NCBI GenBank assembly: GCA_045595285.1
Contig: JAZOAC010000027.1
Span: 601 to 64,600, forward strand
Source: Kiritimatiellia bacterium
GTDB lineage: Bacteria > Verrucomicrobiota > Kiritimatiellia > RFP12 > UBA1067
Length of the DNA stretch: 64,000 nt
Direction of reading: 5' to 3'
Shown here: positions 1 to 9,867 of the stretch, piece after piece
Layout of the letters: the number at the start of each line of letters is the position of its first letter
Numbering within the stretch: the first letter of the stretch is position 1
The notes under the pieces: generated by a model
The model's database searches: none
What the model was told of the DNA's origin: nothing
What the model saw: the letters and a program-made list of their open reading frames with translations, nothing else
Program-made: the position numbers and the translations under genes

Positions 1-2655
1 AAGGTGGTTGAGAATACTACATTTGAAGGGAAGATACATTCGGTCTGCAACAGCTTTTATTTCGGCAACCAGAATTGGGGGATGAATTCGTATGATTCAG
101 CATATCCCACCAATATCGTTACAGGATCCTTTAGCACATTAGACTCTTCAGCGCCCAGAGGTGTGCATCTTTCCACGTATGGCGTCATTATTTTCCGAGG
201 CCCTGTCTCCATACCGGCGACGATGACCGTCGGGGCGGGTGTCGGCCATGTCGGAACGCTTGTGCTTGATACAGAGAGCTATAAAGTACGAGCCACAGCT
301 TTGAGGAGCGGAAATGTCCTGTGTAAGCGCGAAAACGTTCTCAACGGCACACGGCTATCATTGGCTCCCAAGAAAAATGATCCCGACAGACCGTTTCTTG
401 ACATGGGCGGCTTCAATCAGACGATTCAGTATTTCTCCGCGAACGATTATGTTGCCGGTTATGCCTCTGCAACCGGTGTCGGGTATGAGATCAAATCGAC
501 TGATGGCCCTGCCACTTTGACGGTCACGGGACTTCCCACCAGTGTTTCCTGCGACTGCTATTTTGCGATCAACGACAACATTTCGCTTCTTCTTGACGCC
601 CATCCCGGCTATGTCTGCAATTTCGTCAAGCGCGAAAACGGAACGGCCGGGGAAATCGTCGTGTCCAACGGCACGTTTGCGGTCACGGGAACGGCTACAT
701 TCAAGAATGTGCCCAAGATAACGGTTGCGAAGAACGGCGTGTTCGATTTGCTGTCCAGCAAGGAGAATGCGCTTGCAGGTGTCCGCGGGTTGGAGATTGA
801 AGGTGAGTTTCGCTCCTCCTCCAAAACCCCGTTCGGAGACGGCAATGTAAGCATTTCACTTGCCGATGGCGCCGTTTTCCGGTCGACGTCCGGTGCTCAG
901 ATCGCGAACGGCGGCGTAAGCTTAACCATCGGCAAGGGCGCTCTCCTGGACGTCGGCACTAAGATTGAAGTTGCGTCGCTGACGATAGACGGCGAAACGC
1001 TTGGAGCCGGCGTTTATGCGCATGGCAAGTATGAAGAGATTGCAAAAGATACGATAGTTGTAGTGACGTCCGTCAAGGGATCGTCTGAAGTCTGGACGGG
1101 CGGCGGAGCTGACGCAAATATCGCAACCGCGCTCAACTGGGAGGGTGGTGCCTGCCCAAATCTTGCCGACGGCAGCTCCGAGTGTACGTTTGCCACCGGC
1201 GGTGAAATGGCTTATATCGACCGGCTTGTGAAATTCCATGCCCTGAAATTCGCCGGAAGCGGGTTCTCGCTTGAAAAGTCCTCGCCCGAAGCGGTTGCGG
1301 GAATCGAGATTCTCGGTCCCTCCATATCGTTCGAACCGGTTGATGGCAATCCGGAACGGACTTTCAGTCTTGGCGTTCCGACGGTTGTGGCGGAGAAGCA
1401 GTCGTGGAACGTACCGGCCAATACCACGGTCAAGCTTAAAGACGGGTTCTACGCCACGCAGGCCGTGTTTAAAGGCGGAGACGGCAATCTGGAGTTTTCC
1501 GGCACGAATGTTTTCGACGGAGCGCTTGTGATAACGAATGGAACTGCAAGGTTCTCCGGCACAATAACCACTTCTGCCGACGTTGACAATTCTCCATATT
1601 CGGCGGACAATGCGATAATGTGCTATAACAGCGATAAGGAAGCGCGTTATGGAAAGGTCATTCTCGATAACGCCATTATCGAAAAGCCGTTTTGCGCCGT
1701 TGCGCCCCGCATGGAATTACAAGCGAAGCAGTATTTTCAGACAACGGCAAATTCCTCAAATGTCATACGCGGCGTATGGAGGACCCAGGAGCGTATCTGG
1801 CAGACGCTTAAGCTGGGAGCGAACTCAACCGTTGTATTCGAAGGGGGAGTTTCAAATGCCGTGCACACTCGCATATTGGGAGGAACGGTGTACATACGCA
1901 ACAAGCCGCATTTCTATACCTATGACGGAGGGGACAACCTTAGAGGTTTCGAGCTTAACGATTCGGCAACGGTGTTCTATGAAGCCGCCGGTGGATGGTT
2001 GAGACTGTTCAATCCGCGTAATTGCACCGTGAATTATATGGTCTCACATGCCATGACCGGTGGATATGCGTACAACAGTTCTTCGGCCGCGGTATTCAAC
2101 CTTAACGATACCACCCAGCGTTTTGACAGGGTTAAGTTGATATCGGATATGAAAATAAACGGAGACGAGGGCTCCGCGATTGAGGTTGCCGGAGCGGAGG
2201 AAAGCCGTATCGCCACGCAGGTAAACGGCGGCGTTTCCTTCCTGAACCTCGGCGCCGGTACGTTGAAGTTCGAGGGCGCCGGCTGCGCCTCGACGGGCGA
2301 AATCGTGGCGACCAACGGTACGGTTGTCGTCACCGACGGTGCGCAGCTGAAGAATCTGGCCTGCGCGACCGCAACCGGCAGAGGAGTGATCCAGATTGAA
2401 CGCAGCGCCGAGAATGCCGCCGTCCAGGCGTTCGGAAAGGCTACGGACGTATATCTCGGCGAAGACGGCGTGATATTCGTTTCCACCGGATCCGTACAGC
2501 GTGTAAGGTATCTGTATGTTGACGGTGTGCGCATGCCCACGGGTGATTATTCCCATGCCAAGATCGCCGACGAAAACGTCAAAAGGCATTTTGCGGACAC
2601 GACCGGTGTCCTGCGGTGCATCGGTATTCCGGGAATGAGCATAGTGATTCGTTAA
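1..2655 (+). CDS. Autotransporter-associated beta-strand-repeat surface protein, 5' end outside the window
   Basis: The ORF is open from the window edge. The protein is Gly/Thr/Asn-rich with recurring ~25-aa beta-strand repeats (e.g. GTATFKNVPKITVAKNGVFDL, GGVSFLNLGAGTLKFEGAG, TNGTVVVTDGAQLKNL). These are typical of PATR-type passenger repeats in Verrucomicrobia/Lentisphaerae. No start codon lies within the window. Confidence 0.55.
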   Translation, partial: KVVENTTFEGKIHSVCNSFYFGNQNWGMNSYDSAYPTNIVTGSFSTLDSSAPRGVHLSTYGVIIFRGPVSIPATMTVGAGVGHVGTLVLDTESYKVRATALRSGNVLCKRENVLNGTRLSLAPKKNDPDRPFLDMGGFNQTIQYFSANDYVAGYASATGVGYEIKSTDGPATLTVTGLPTSVSCDCYFAINDNISLLLDAHPGYVCNFVKRENGTAGEIVVSNGTFAVTGTATFKNVPKITVAKNGVFDLLSSKENALAGVRGLEIEGEFRSSSKTPFGDGNVSISLADGAVFRSTSGAQIANGGVSLTIGKGALLDVGTKIEVASLTIDGETLGAGVYAHGKYEEIAKDTIVVVTSVKGSSEVWTGGGADANIATALNWEGGACPNLADGSSECTFATGGEMAYIDRLVKFHALKFAGSGFSLEKSSPEAVAGIEILGPSISFEPVDGNPERTFSLGVPTVVAEKQSWNVPANTTVKLKDGFYATQAVFKGGDGNLEFSGTNVFDGALVITNGTARFSGTITTSADVDNSPYSADNAIMCYNSDKEARYGKVILDNAIIEKPFCAVAPRMELQAKQYFQTTANSSNVIRGVWRTQERIWQTLKLGANSTVVFEGGVSNAVHTRILGGTVYIRNKPHFYTYDGGDNLRGFELNDSATVFYEAAGGWLRLFNPRNCTVNYMVSHAMTGGYAYNSSSAAVFNLNDTTQRFDRVKLISDMKINGDEGSAIEVAGAEESRIATQVNGGVSFLNLGAGTLKFEGAGCASTGEIVATNGTVVVTDGAQLKNLACATATGRGVIQIERSAENAAVQAFGKATDVYLGEDGVIFVSTGSVQRVRYLYVDGVRMPTGDYSHAKIADENVKRHFADTTGVLRCIGIPGMSIVIR

Positions 2656-2668
2656 AGGTGTTCCGACA

Positions 2669-4549
2669 ATGAAAAGAGTTGCTGTTGCTGCGTTGTTCTG
2701 CGGGTTTGCTCCGTTGTTGGAGGCGGATGTATCCTTTGAAGGGAAGAACGTCGAGGTTGTGATCGCGCCGGACGCTCCGAAGGCGACATGGTTCGCGGCA
2801 GGGGAGATGACGAATTTCCTTTCGCGCGTCTTCGCCTGCGAAGTGCCGGTTTCCACATCCATGAATCCCGGGCGCGTGCCTTTGATCCTCGGCACGAACG
2901 GATGGAGCCGCGCGGCGGGACTGCGTCCTGAACTGCGGGCCCGTGACGCTTTTGCGATCGCCGCCGTCAAGGGGCGTGTCTTCATCACCGGCTGCGACAG
3001 CCCCTGGTTCGACCCCGCCTCCGTCATTGCCCGCGGCAAGCCGCGTCCTATCCAGTTCGGCGAACGAGCGACGGTCTTCGGCGTGTACCGTTTCCTTGAA
3101 CGCTTTGCGGGATGCCGGTTCTACTTCCCCGGAGAACTGGGCGAGATCGTGCCCCGCCGGACGAGGATGTCGGTGAAGGACGGAGTGGACTGGGAAGAGC
3201 CGGCCTTTGCGGTACGCAGCGTTTCCGTCGGGGGAGACGGTGCCTGGTTCGGGCATCGGGAGGCGCGCAGATACGAGAGCGCCAAATTGCTCAACTGGCT
3301 CCGCCTACGGCTGGAGTCCGACCGCAAGCCTTTCGGTCACGGGCAGAACGGCTACAACATCATCGGACGCTTCAAGGATTCCCATCCTGAATATTTCCGC
3401 ATCGACAAGGAGGGCAAGCGTGACTTCGACACCCGGGTGACCAAGACGCATCCGTTCTACAAGACGCGCCAGCTCTGCCATACGTCGAACGTCTGGAAGG
3501 AGATCGAAGAGGATGTTCTGAGCTATCTGCGCGGAGAAAGTCCGACCAACCGCCAGGTCCGCGGCAAGAGCTCCGACTGGGGGAACCGTTCGCCGTTCCA
3601 TGACAACGGCATACGGAAGTACATAAACGTAATGCCGCAGGACGCAATGCCAAGATGCTGGTGCCATGGATGTCAGGCTGTCTATGACGACACTCTTGAT
3701 TTCGCGAACGATCTCATCTGGCGCAGGACGGTTGCGCTTGCCGATAGGGTCGCAAAGGAGGGCTTCGATGCGCATATCTGTCAGATGGCGTACCGTCCGT
3801 ACGGTTTGCCGCCCAAAGGCATCGACATACCGGACAGCATCGAGGTGCAGGTGTCTGTGGGCGGACCGTGGTCGGTCTCCAGACCGGAAAGCTTCTCCAA
3901 TCAGGTTGCGCACGTGAAGGCATGGCGCGAGAAGCTCGGAAGACCGGTCTCGCTCTGGACATATGCGTGCAAGGCCTGCTGGTTCAAGCCGCCGGTCGCG
4001 CCGTGTGTGGCTCCGCGCGCCGTCGCCAGGTTCTATCAGACGGTTGCGCCGTACATCGAAGGCGCGTTCAATTCGAGCAGCTGTGAACGGTTCGCCTACC
4101 AGTATCTCAACTACTATGTGTTCTCCCGCATAGCGTGGGACGTGTCGGTCGACGTCGAGAAGCTGCTTGCGGAGCATCACAGGCTGATGTTCGGCACCGC
4201 GGCTCCGGAGATGGCGAAGTTCTTTGACAAGGTCGAGGAAGTCTGGATGGGCAAGGTCGTCATTCCTTCCATTATTCTGGAGACGATGCTTGGCGAACCG
4301 AAGGAACTGCGGCGCGGACCGTCTGTCGCCAAACTCATGGGCGAGATATACACGGCGGACTTTCTCGGCGGCCTTGAGCGCATACTCAAACGTGCCGCCG
4401 CATCGGTCGATCCCGAGAGTCTTGAAGGAAGAAGGGTCGCGCTCATGAAGGCGGAGATTTTCGATCCGATCGACGAAGCCGCCAGAAAATGGCGGCAGGA
4501 GAACGCCGATGCGAAGCGCGGAAGAGGCCGGACCGTGGAAAAGAAATGA
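2669..4549 (+). CDS. Secreted DUF4838-like protein (GH20/GH67 N-terminal-like fold), function unknown
   Basis: ATG start with an N-terminal signal peptide (MKRVAVAALFCGFAPLLEA). The motif TVFGVYRFLERFAGCRFYFPGE resembles the conserved TGxxGTLYGVYxFLExLGVRWYxP block of DUF4838 proteins. Confidence 0.5.
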   Translation: MKRVAVAALFCGFAPLLEADVSFEGKNVEVVIAPDAPKATWFAAGEMTNFLSRVFACEVPVSTSMNPGRVPLILGTNGWSRAAGLRPELRARDAFAIAAVKGRVFITGCDSPWFDPASVIARGKPRPIQFGERATVFGVYRFLERFAGCRFYFPGELGEIVPRRTRMSVKDGVDWEEPAFAVRSVSVGGDGAWFGHREARRYESAKLLNWLRLRLESDRKPFGHGQNGYNIIGRFKDSHPEYFRIDKEGKRDFDTRVTKTHPFYKTRQLCHTSNVWKEIEEDVLSYLRGESPTNRQVRGKSSDWGNRSPFHDNGIRKYINVMPQDAMPRCWCHGCQAVYDDTLDFANDLIWRRTVALADRVAKEGFDAHICQMAYRPYGLPPKGIDIPDSIEVQVSVGGPWSVSRPESFSNQVAHVKAWREKLGRPVSLWTYACKACWFKPPVAPCVAPRAVARFYQTVAPYIEGAFNSSSCERFAYQYLNYYVFSRIAWDVSVDVEKLLAEHHRLMFGTAAPEMAKFFDKVEEVWMGKVVIPSIILETMLGEPKELRRGPSVAKLMGEIYTADFLGGLERILKRAAASVDPESLEGRRVALMKAEIFDPIDEAARKWRQENADAKRGRGRTVEKK

Positions 4550-4601
4550 GAAACGGAACCGATGTGGTATAATCGGCGGCCGTTAAATCAGGAGGTGTGA
4601 T

Positions 4602-6338
4602 ATGGCAATCGGAAGAAGAGATTTCATCGGCGGCATAGGTGCGCTGTCCTTCACTGGGTCGGCGTACCGGCTGTTCGGAGACGAGAAGCCGCTTTTGCGC
4701 ATAGGCGTGATGACCGATACGCATATCGGCAGAACGAAGGCAAGCTGCGGGCGCGTGAAGCTCGCATATCAGCTCTTCCGCAGACTGGGTGCGGATCTGA
4801 TGGTCAATGTCGGGGATGTGGCGGACTATCATTATCCCACGGGATACAGGGCCTATCGCGAAACGGTCGAGGAGGTCTTTGCCGGCGTTGCGGCGGCTGA
4901 CCGTCCCAGGGAACTTTTTGTGTATGCGGCTCACGACTATTTCAACTACGGGGGACGTAAGAAACGGAGCCTCTGGTCCAGAGATGCGACGCCGGCGTTT
5001 GCCGACATGCAGCGTCTGATTGGCGCCGGGAACGGCCCGTATGCGCATGGGGCGGTCAAAGGCTTCCCGTATGTCGTTTTCCCGCAGTCGATGACGGAAG
5101 GTCTGGATCTAAAGCGGTGCGACAGGATGATCGCGGATGCGGTGGCGGCAAATCCCGGCAAGCCCGTGTTCGTGTTCGCGCACATCCCGCCGGGCGGAAC
5201 GACGCGCGGAGGAGGCGGAAGCCGGGCAAAGAGGGAGATGCTCAACAAATATCCCCAGGTGGTGAACATTTCCGGCCATACCCACGGGTCTCTTGCAGAT
5301 GAGCGCTCGATATGGCAGGGGGAATTCACCTCGGTCAACGCCGGGTGTCTTCAGAATTGGGGCGGCGGACTTGCGGGAAACAACGTTCCCCGCAATCAGA
5401 ACTACGGTGTTGTGATCATAGATGTGTTTCCCGCCCGTATCGTATTCCGCCGGTTTGACGTGCGCGACGGCGAAGAGTCCAATGATCCGTGGATGATTCC
5501 GTGGCCTTTTGATCCGGCTGCGGCTCCGTACCGTGCTGCAGGGCGGAAAGAGAAGTCGGCAGCGCCGTCGTTCGCCGCCGGTGCCGTGCTGAAGGTTGAG
5601 CCGCGGGGCGACGAGGGCGGCGTGTCGCTTACGGTGCCTGTTGCCGGAGGCGTGACGCGTCCCTTTACATATCGTGTGTTTCTGGAATATCTCGACGGGA
5701 ACAGGAAATGGAGATCGCGCGGAAGAAGGGATTTCTTCGGCGATGCATGGCAACGACCCCATGAGCGTCCTGAAAAGTATGAACTGGAGGTTCCGGGTCC
5801 ATATTTCGATCCCGGTCGCAGATACAGGTTCCGCGTATTCCCTCTGAACTGCTTTGCGAAAGCGGGCTCCCCGATCGCGGTCGAGTTTACGGCTCCGGAA
5901 TTCAGGTCGAAGAAGAAGCCGCAGGTCATATGGGAGTCGAACGATCCGATGAAGGATTGCCCGTTCCTAGCGGGTCTGTCGGGAAAGAAGTCCATGCCGA
6001 TGAAGGACGGATTCTACGAGATGGGCGAGGGCAGCGCCCGGTTGGTGTTTCCCGATGGCGTGTGGAAGGGCGAAAAGGACGCCAGATTCCGGTTCGTCGC
6101 CGATGTCCATACGGTTCAGGGTGAGCACAGGTCGTGGAACATCAACCTCCGCAACCCGAACCCGCTGGAGAACGCGCACGGACGCATCCCCACGCCGAGA
6201 GGCGATTCCGGATCGCTTCGGTATGTGATTGATTTCGCAAAGGCCGACGAGGATCATTGCTACTATTTGCTTGTGCGCGAAGGCGGGGTCGGGAAAATCC
6301 GCTTCGACTATGCCCGGATAGAACGTATTCAGAATTGA
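4602..6338 (+). CDS. Tat-exported calcineurin-like metallophosphoesterase
   Basis: RBS GGAGG lies upstream. Twin-arginine signal MAIGRRDFIGGIGALS is present. Metallophosphoesterase motifs GVMTDTHIG, NVGDVADY, VFAHIPP and SGHTHG are present, followed by an extra ~250-aa C-terminal domain. Confidence 0.75.
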   Translation: MAIGRRDFIGGIGALSFTGSAYRLFGDEKPLLRIGVMTDTHIGRTKASCGRVKLAYQLFRRLGADLMVNVGDVADYHYPTGYRAYRETVEEVFAGVAAADRPRELFVYAAHDYFNYGGRKKRSLWSRDATPAFADMQRLIGAGNGPYAHGAVKGFPYVVFPQSMTEGLDLKRCDRMIADAVAANPGKPVFVFAHIPPGGTTRGGGGSRAKREMLNKYPQVVNISGHTHGSLADERSIWQGEFTSVNAGCLQNWGGGLAGNNVPRNQNYGVVIIDVFPARIVFRRFDVRDGEESNDPWMIPWPFDPAAAPYRAAGRKEKSAAPSFAAGAVLKVEPRGDEGGVSLTVPVAGGVTRPFTYRVFLEYLDGNRKWRSRGRRDFFGDAWQRPHERPEKYELEVPGPYFDPGRRYRFRVFPLNCFAKAGSPIAVEFTAPEFRSKKKPQVIWESNDPMKDCPFLAGLSGKKSMPMKDGFYEMGEGSARLVFPDGVWKGEKDARFRFVADVHTVQGEHRSWNINLRNPNPLENAHGRIPTPRGDSGSLRYVIDFAKADEDHCYYLLVREGGVGKIRFDYARIERIQN

Positions 6339-6477
6339 CGGCATTCCTCCCGGCGGTGTGACAGATTCGCCTCTCGGCATCCGGCCTCGGGTTAATGCCC
6401 TGTTCTTCGCGGTGAGCGTGAGGGTTGAAAGCGGTGAGAGTACGTGGTATCATACAGATGTTTTTGAGGATATAAAT

Positions 6478-6537
6478 GGAAGATCAAGGGACGCACCTTT
6501 TGAGAAAAGCAAGATAAGTTAAAAAGAGGGGTTTGAA
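6478..6537. repeat. Left copy of a ~57-bp imperfect direct repeat (perfect 23-bp core AAAAGCAAGATAAGTTAAAAAGA at 6505-6527)
   Basis: The stretch atcaaggg...gagaaaagcaagataagttaaaaagaggggttt recurs at 9741-9797 with the same core and similar flanks (atcaagggg...cgaaaaagcaagataagttaaaaagatggttt). Confidence 0.7.
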
Positions 6538-6621
6538 ACGGTTGATTATTGCCAAGACTGAAATGTTGGATCGGTTCGCCGGCTGCGAGCGGCTTGGCTG
6601 CTTCGGTCCTTGCTGTAAGTG

Positions 6622-6680
6622 CTAATCGACTTTTACACGATGTGCTAATTGACTTTTAAACCGGGGTCTAATTGACTTTT
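6622..6680 (+). promoter_or_regulatory. Three direct repeats of CTAAT(C/T)GACTTTT phased exactly 23 bp apart (starts 6622, 6645, 6668)
   Basis: Seen directly: gCTAATCGACTTTTacacgatgtgCTAATTGACTTTTaaaccggggtCTAATTGACTTTTcaactgg. The third copy supplies the TTGACT -35 element of the downstream promoter. The arrangement looks like operator/iteron sites or stacked -35 elements. Confidence 0.6.
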
Positions 6681-6701
6681 CAACTGGCGCTATGTTATAA
6701 T
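6672..6701 (+). promoter_or_regulatory. Sigma70-like promoter (TTGACT -35, 18-bp spacer, TATAAT -10) for the AAA ATPase gene
   Basis: TTGACT at 6672-6677 and TATAAT at 6696-6701 lie ~36 bp upstream of the ATG at 6737. Confidence 0.45.
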
Positions 6702-6736
6702 TGCTCGCAAAAAAAAAGTTTTGGAAGTCTTGTAAT

Positions 6737-7954
6737 ATGATAAAAAGGTGGCAAGAGCAGAGTCTGAAAACCGTTCTTAATGAGCGAAGAGGTGTTCACT
6801 TGACTGGCGCGCGTCAGACAGGGAAAACTACGCTTTCCCGTTTTGTTGCAGGAAATGGCGTGCGTTTTTTGACTTTAGATGATGAGAAATATCTGTCTGC
6901 AGCAAAGAGCGATCCGTTGAGTTTTGTTGAGCGTGGAAATGCAAGTACGTTTGTCATTGACGAGATTCAAAAAGTACCCGAGTTGCTTAATGCGATAAAG
7001 ATGAAAATTGATCGCGATAATACACCTGGGCAATATCTTATTACGGGGAGCTCCAATCTGCGATTTGTGAAAGCGGTCAAGGATTCACTTGCCGGAAGAT
7101 TGGGAAGAGTCAAACTTCGCACACTTTCTCTCGGCGAGATTCTTGGCGGTAAGGGTCATTTTCTCGATATGGCGTTTCAGAGGGATTTCTCGTCGTGTCC
7201 AATCAAACTGGACAAGCGCGAAATAATCCACTGTGCTTTTTGTGGCGGCTATCCCGAACCGTTGAATTTCTCCGTCCGTTCCCGAAAATCATGGTACGCG
7301 GAATATATAGACGATTTGCTGACGAAAGATATTCAAGACGTGACGGAAATACGAAAAGTCGACGCCCTCAAAAAGACGGCGTATTGGCTTATGGCTTATT
7401 CGTCAAAGCTGTTCGAGCTGAAAGATTTGTGTGCGGTGTCGCAATTGGGAAAAGAGACGCTCGGCAGCTATATAACCGCACTCAAAACACTTTATGTCAT
7501 TGATGAAGTTCCGGCGTGGAGCAAAAGCGATTATGTGAAAATAGGGAAGCGGTCGAAATATTTCGCAGGGGATTCCGGCCTTGTCGCCAATTTGCTTGGA
7601 TGGGACGAGAATCAAGTGTATTATGATGCCGACGATTGCGGAAAACTGATTGAATCATGGGTGTGTCATCAATTGTCCGTTTTGGCAGAATTAGACATTG
7701 GATATGAGATTTCACATTATCGTGACAGTGACAAGCGGGAGATTGATTTCATTGTTGAAGCAGAAAACGGAGAACTTTTGGGAATAGAGGTGAAATCGGG
7801 AACGGTTTATCCCGATGATTTCAAGCATCTGAAATGGTTTTCCAAAAATCTGGCGAAGACGCGTTTTACGGGAATAGTTCTCTATTCGGGGAATGATGTA
7901 TTATCTTTCGGTGATGGTTTTTATGCCGTACCATTGGCACTTTTAGGTGTATGA
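6737..7954 (+). CDS. AAA+ ATPase of the AAA_14 + DUF4143 family (COG1373-like), low-GC gene
   Basis: Walker A GARQTGKTTL is present. The N-terminus MIKRWQEQSLKTVLNERRGVHLTGARQTGKTT is typical for this ATPase family, and the C-terminal region is DUF4143-like. The ORF track starts at a TTG at 6701, but the ATG at 6737 is more plausible. GC is visibly lower (~45%) than in neighbouring genes. Confidence 0.8.
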   Translation: MIKRWQEQSLKTVLNERRGVHLTGARQTGKTTLSRFVAGNGVRFLTLDDEKYLSAAKSDPLSFVERGNASTFVIDEIQKVPELLNAIKMKIDRDNTPGQYLITGSSNLRFVKAVKDSLAGRLGRVKLRTLSLGEILGGKGHFLDMAFQRDFSSCPIKLDKREIIHCAFCGGYPEPLNFSVRSRKSWYAEYIDDLLTKDIQDVTEIRKVDALKKTAYWLMAYSSKLFELKDLCAVSQLGKETLGSYITALKTLYVIDEVPAWSKSDYVKIGKRSKYFAGDSGLVANLLGWDENQVYYDADDCGKLIESWVCHQLSVLAELDIGYEISHYRDSDKREIDFIVEAENGELLGIEVKSGTVYPDDFKHLKWFSKNLAKTRFTGIVLYSGNDVLSFGDGFYAVPLALLGV

Positions 7955-8035
7955 GCACTTGTTTTTACAGTAAAGTCAGGTTGCAGACAGATGCAGGTGG
8001 CGTTATCTATCTTGGTTTTGATATAAGGAGCGGCA

Positions 8036-9682
8036 ATGAATAGATTTGCTTATACAATAATTGCGTTAGTGTGTACTGTTCTGTGCGCCAACGCCTCGAT
8101 GACTGAATTAGGGATCGATCTTCCTAAACAGGGAGATGTCAGGGTGCTGACCATTGATCCCGATGGCGGACAAAAGGTTTCGGTTTCCTTTGACGTTCCT
8201 GTATCCGACATTCAGCAGATATGGCGTCCTGACTATCAGCAGCCGTTTTTGGAGCGTAAATGGTGGATGACGGCGAACACAAGTTCGATGTGCGATATGC
8301 CGTATATGGCCTTTTTCAATCTTGCCGAGACCAACAGGCTGTCTTTCGGAGCGGAAGCGCTTGAATGGGATTGCCGCATTTCGTCCAAGATAAATCAGGA
8401 GAAGGGGGTGTATGCCGTCACATTGACTGTTGCAGCCGACGCTCCCGGAAAGATCCGGCCGTTCAAGGTGACGATAGATCGCCGTTCTGTCGTGTGGACT
8501 GATGCGCTTGCTGATTGGCGAAATTCCCTTTCGTACAGCAAGGGACGGTATCCCGAAGCGGCATGGAAACCGGTGTATTGCACATGGTATGCGGTGCATG
8601 CCGCACTCTCTCAGGATTGGGTGGAGCGGACGGGTGAGATTGCCGCGAAGCTGGGTTTTGGCACGTTCATTCTTGATGATGGCTGGAGCTATGACGAATC
8701 TAAGCGCGTCAATCCTGACAGCATCAAAGAATGGTATCGTGATGTCGGCAAGTGGGATGGTTTCTCACTTGAGAAATTCCCGGATTTCAAGGCGCATCGT
8801 GAGAGAATGCGTGCGTTGGGGCTCAAATATCTTGTGTGGGTGTCTCCCTATTTTATAGGGACGCGTTCACCGGCCTATGCCAAATGGAGAGGCAGGCTTG
8901 CCGGACAGGAGCCGTTCGAGGGTAATGTTCTGACAGATGTCGCAGATGCCGAAATGATGGAGTCTGTGACGGAACAGCTGGTTCGCCTCCTGAAGGATTC
9001 CGATCTCGACGGATTGAAGATCGACTTTTTGGACTACATAAAACCGTCGGTCGAAAAGCCCCGTTCCGGGTTTGGGTATCGCTATGTCCGCAATCTCATG
9101 AACAGGCTTAAGTCCGTGAAGCCGGATGGGCTTTTTGAGTTCCGCCAGAGCTACGCAACGCCGTTGACTCTTGAACTCGGTACGCAGTTCCGGGCGGGAG
9201 ACGTTCCTTTCGAATGGCTTTGCAACATTATGCGCATAGCCCAGATACGTCTTGCGGTAGGCGATGGTGTGCCGGTTCATGCCGACCCGATCTTCTGGTC
9301 GCAGCATGAAACCAAGGATAATATCGCCCGTCACTTCATGGCGGCGATGGCCGGAGTGCCAATGGTTTCGATGGATTTTGAGAGACTGCCTGCTTGGCAG
9401 AAGGATGAAGTTGCCAAGTGGATGCGTATCTATTCGCAGCGGATAGAGCCTTTTCAGAAGAAAGGGCGCTGGAATATGGTCTATCGCAATGGCTCGCTCG
9501 CATACGTGACAAGCATCCATGGCGATGAGGCTTTGGCCATAGTTGTAGATTCGAGCACGTCTTTAAAGTCGTTGGATTGCGATCTTGCCGGAAAGCGGAC
9601 GATCATCATGAATCTCGGATACGCTCCGGTCTGCATACAGGGTACGCTGGCTGCCCCTGCGCAAGCTGTTATTCCGCAGTAG
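8036..9682 (+). CDS. Secreted glycoside hydrolase, clan GH-D-like (GH27/GH36 alpha-galactosidase-type TIM barrel)
   Basis: RBS AAGGAG lies upstream. Signal peptide MNRFAYTIIALVCTVLCANAS is present. The motif GFGTFILDDGWSYDE matches the melibiase-type FxxDDGW signature. The exact family could not be resolved without a search. Confidence 0.55.
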   Translation: MNRFAYTIIALVCTVLCANASMTELGIDLPKQGDVRVLTIDPDGGQKVSVSFDVPVSDIQQIWRPDYQQPFLERKWWMTANTSSMCDMPYMAFFNLAETNRLSFGAEALEWDCRISSKINQEKGVYAVTLTVAADAPGKIRPFKVTIDRRSVVWTDALADWRNSLSYSKGRYPEAAWKPVYCTWYAVHAALSQDWVERTGEIAAKLGFGTFILDDGWSYDESKRVNPDSIKEWYRDVGKWDGFSLEKFPDFKAHRERMRALGLKYLVWVSPYFIGTRSPAYAKWRGRLAGQEPFEGNVLTDVADAEMMESVTEQLVRLLKDSDLDGLKIDFLDYIKPSVEKPRSGFGYRYVRNLMNRLKSVKPDGLFEFRQSYATPLTLELGTQFRAGDVPFEWLCNIMRIAQIRLAVGDGVPVHADPIFWSQHETKDNIARHFMAAMAGVPMVSMDFERLPAWQKDEVAKWMRIYSQRIEPFQKKGRWNMVYRNGSLAYVTSIHGDEALAIVVDSSTSLKSLDCDLAGKRTIIMNLGYAPVCIQGTLAAPAQAVIPQ

Positions 9683-9740
9683 AAGGTTAGGGATGTGTTA
9701 TCCGAAAACCCTGAAGAATCAAGGAATAGAGAATCGTGGG

Positions 9741-9797
9741 GAAATCAAGGGGCATATCCTTCGAAAAAGCAAGATAAGTTAAAAAGATGGTTTAATA
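9741..9797. repeat. Right copy of the ~57-bp imperfect direct repeat (core 9765-9787)
   Basis: See the left copy (6478-6537). Together the two copies bracket the low-GC segment that carries the AAA ATPase and GH genes. Confidence 0.7.
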
Positions 9798-9867
9798 TTC
9801 AATTAATTAAACACTTTCTCTCGCTTTTGAAGCCCTCCCCCACACACAGAAAGACTGCCGCGACGGT

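Noticed and set aside
2044-3256. Minus-strand ORFs 2044..3039 and 2579..3256 overlapping the ends of the first two + strand genes
   Set aside because: These are GC-rich antisense shadow ORFs fully overlapped by well-supported + strand genes. They are Arg/Pro/Ala-rich, as expected for non-coding frames in high-GC DNA.
3305-4180. 291-aa minus-strand ORF inside the DUF4838-like gene
   Set aside because: Antisense shadow ORF. The + strand frame has recognisable domain motifs, and this frame is Arg-rich low-complexity.
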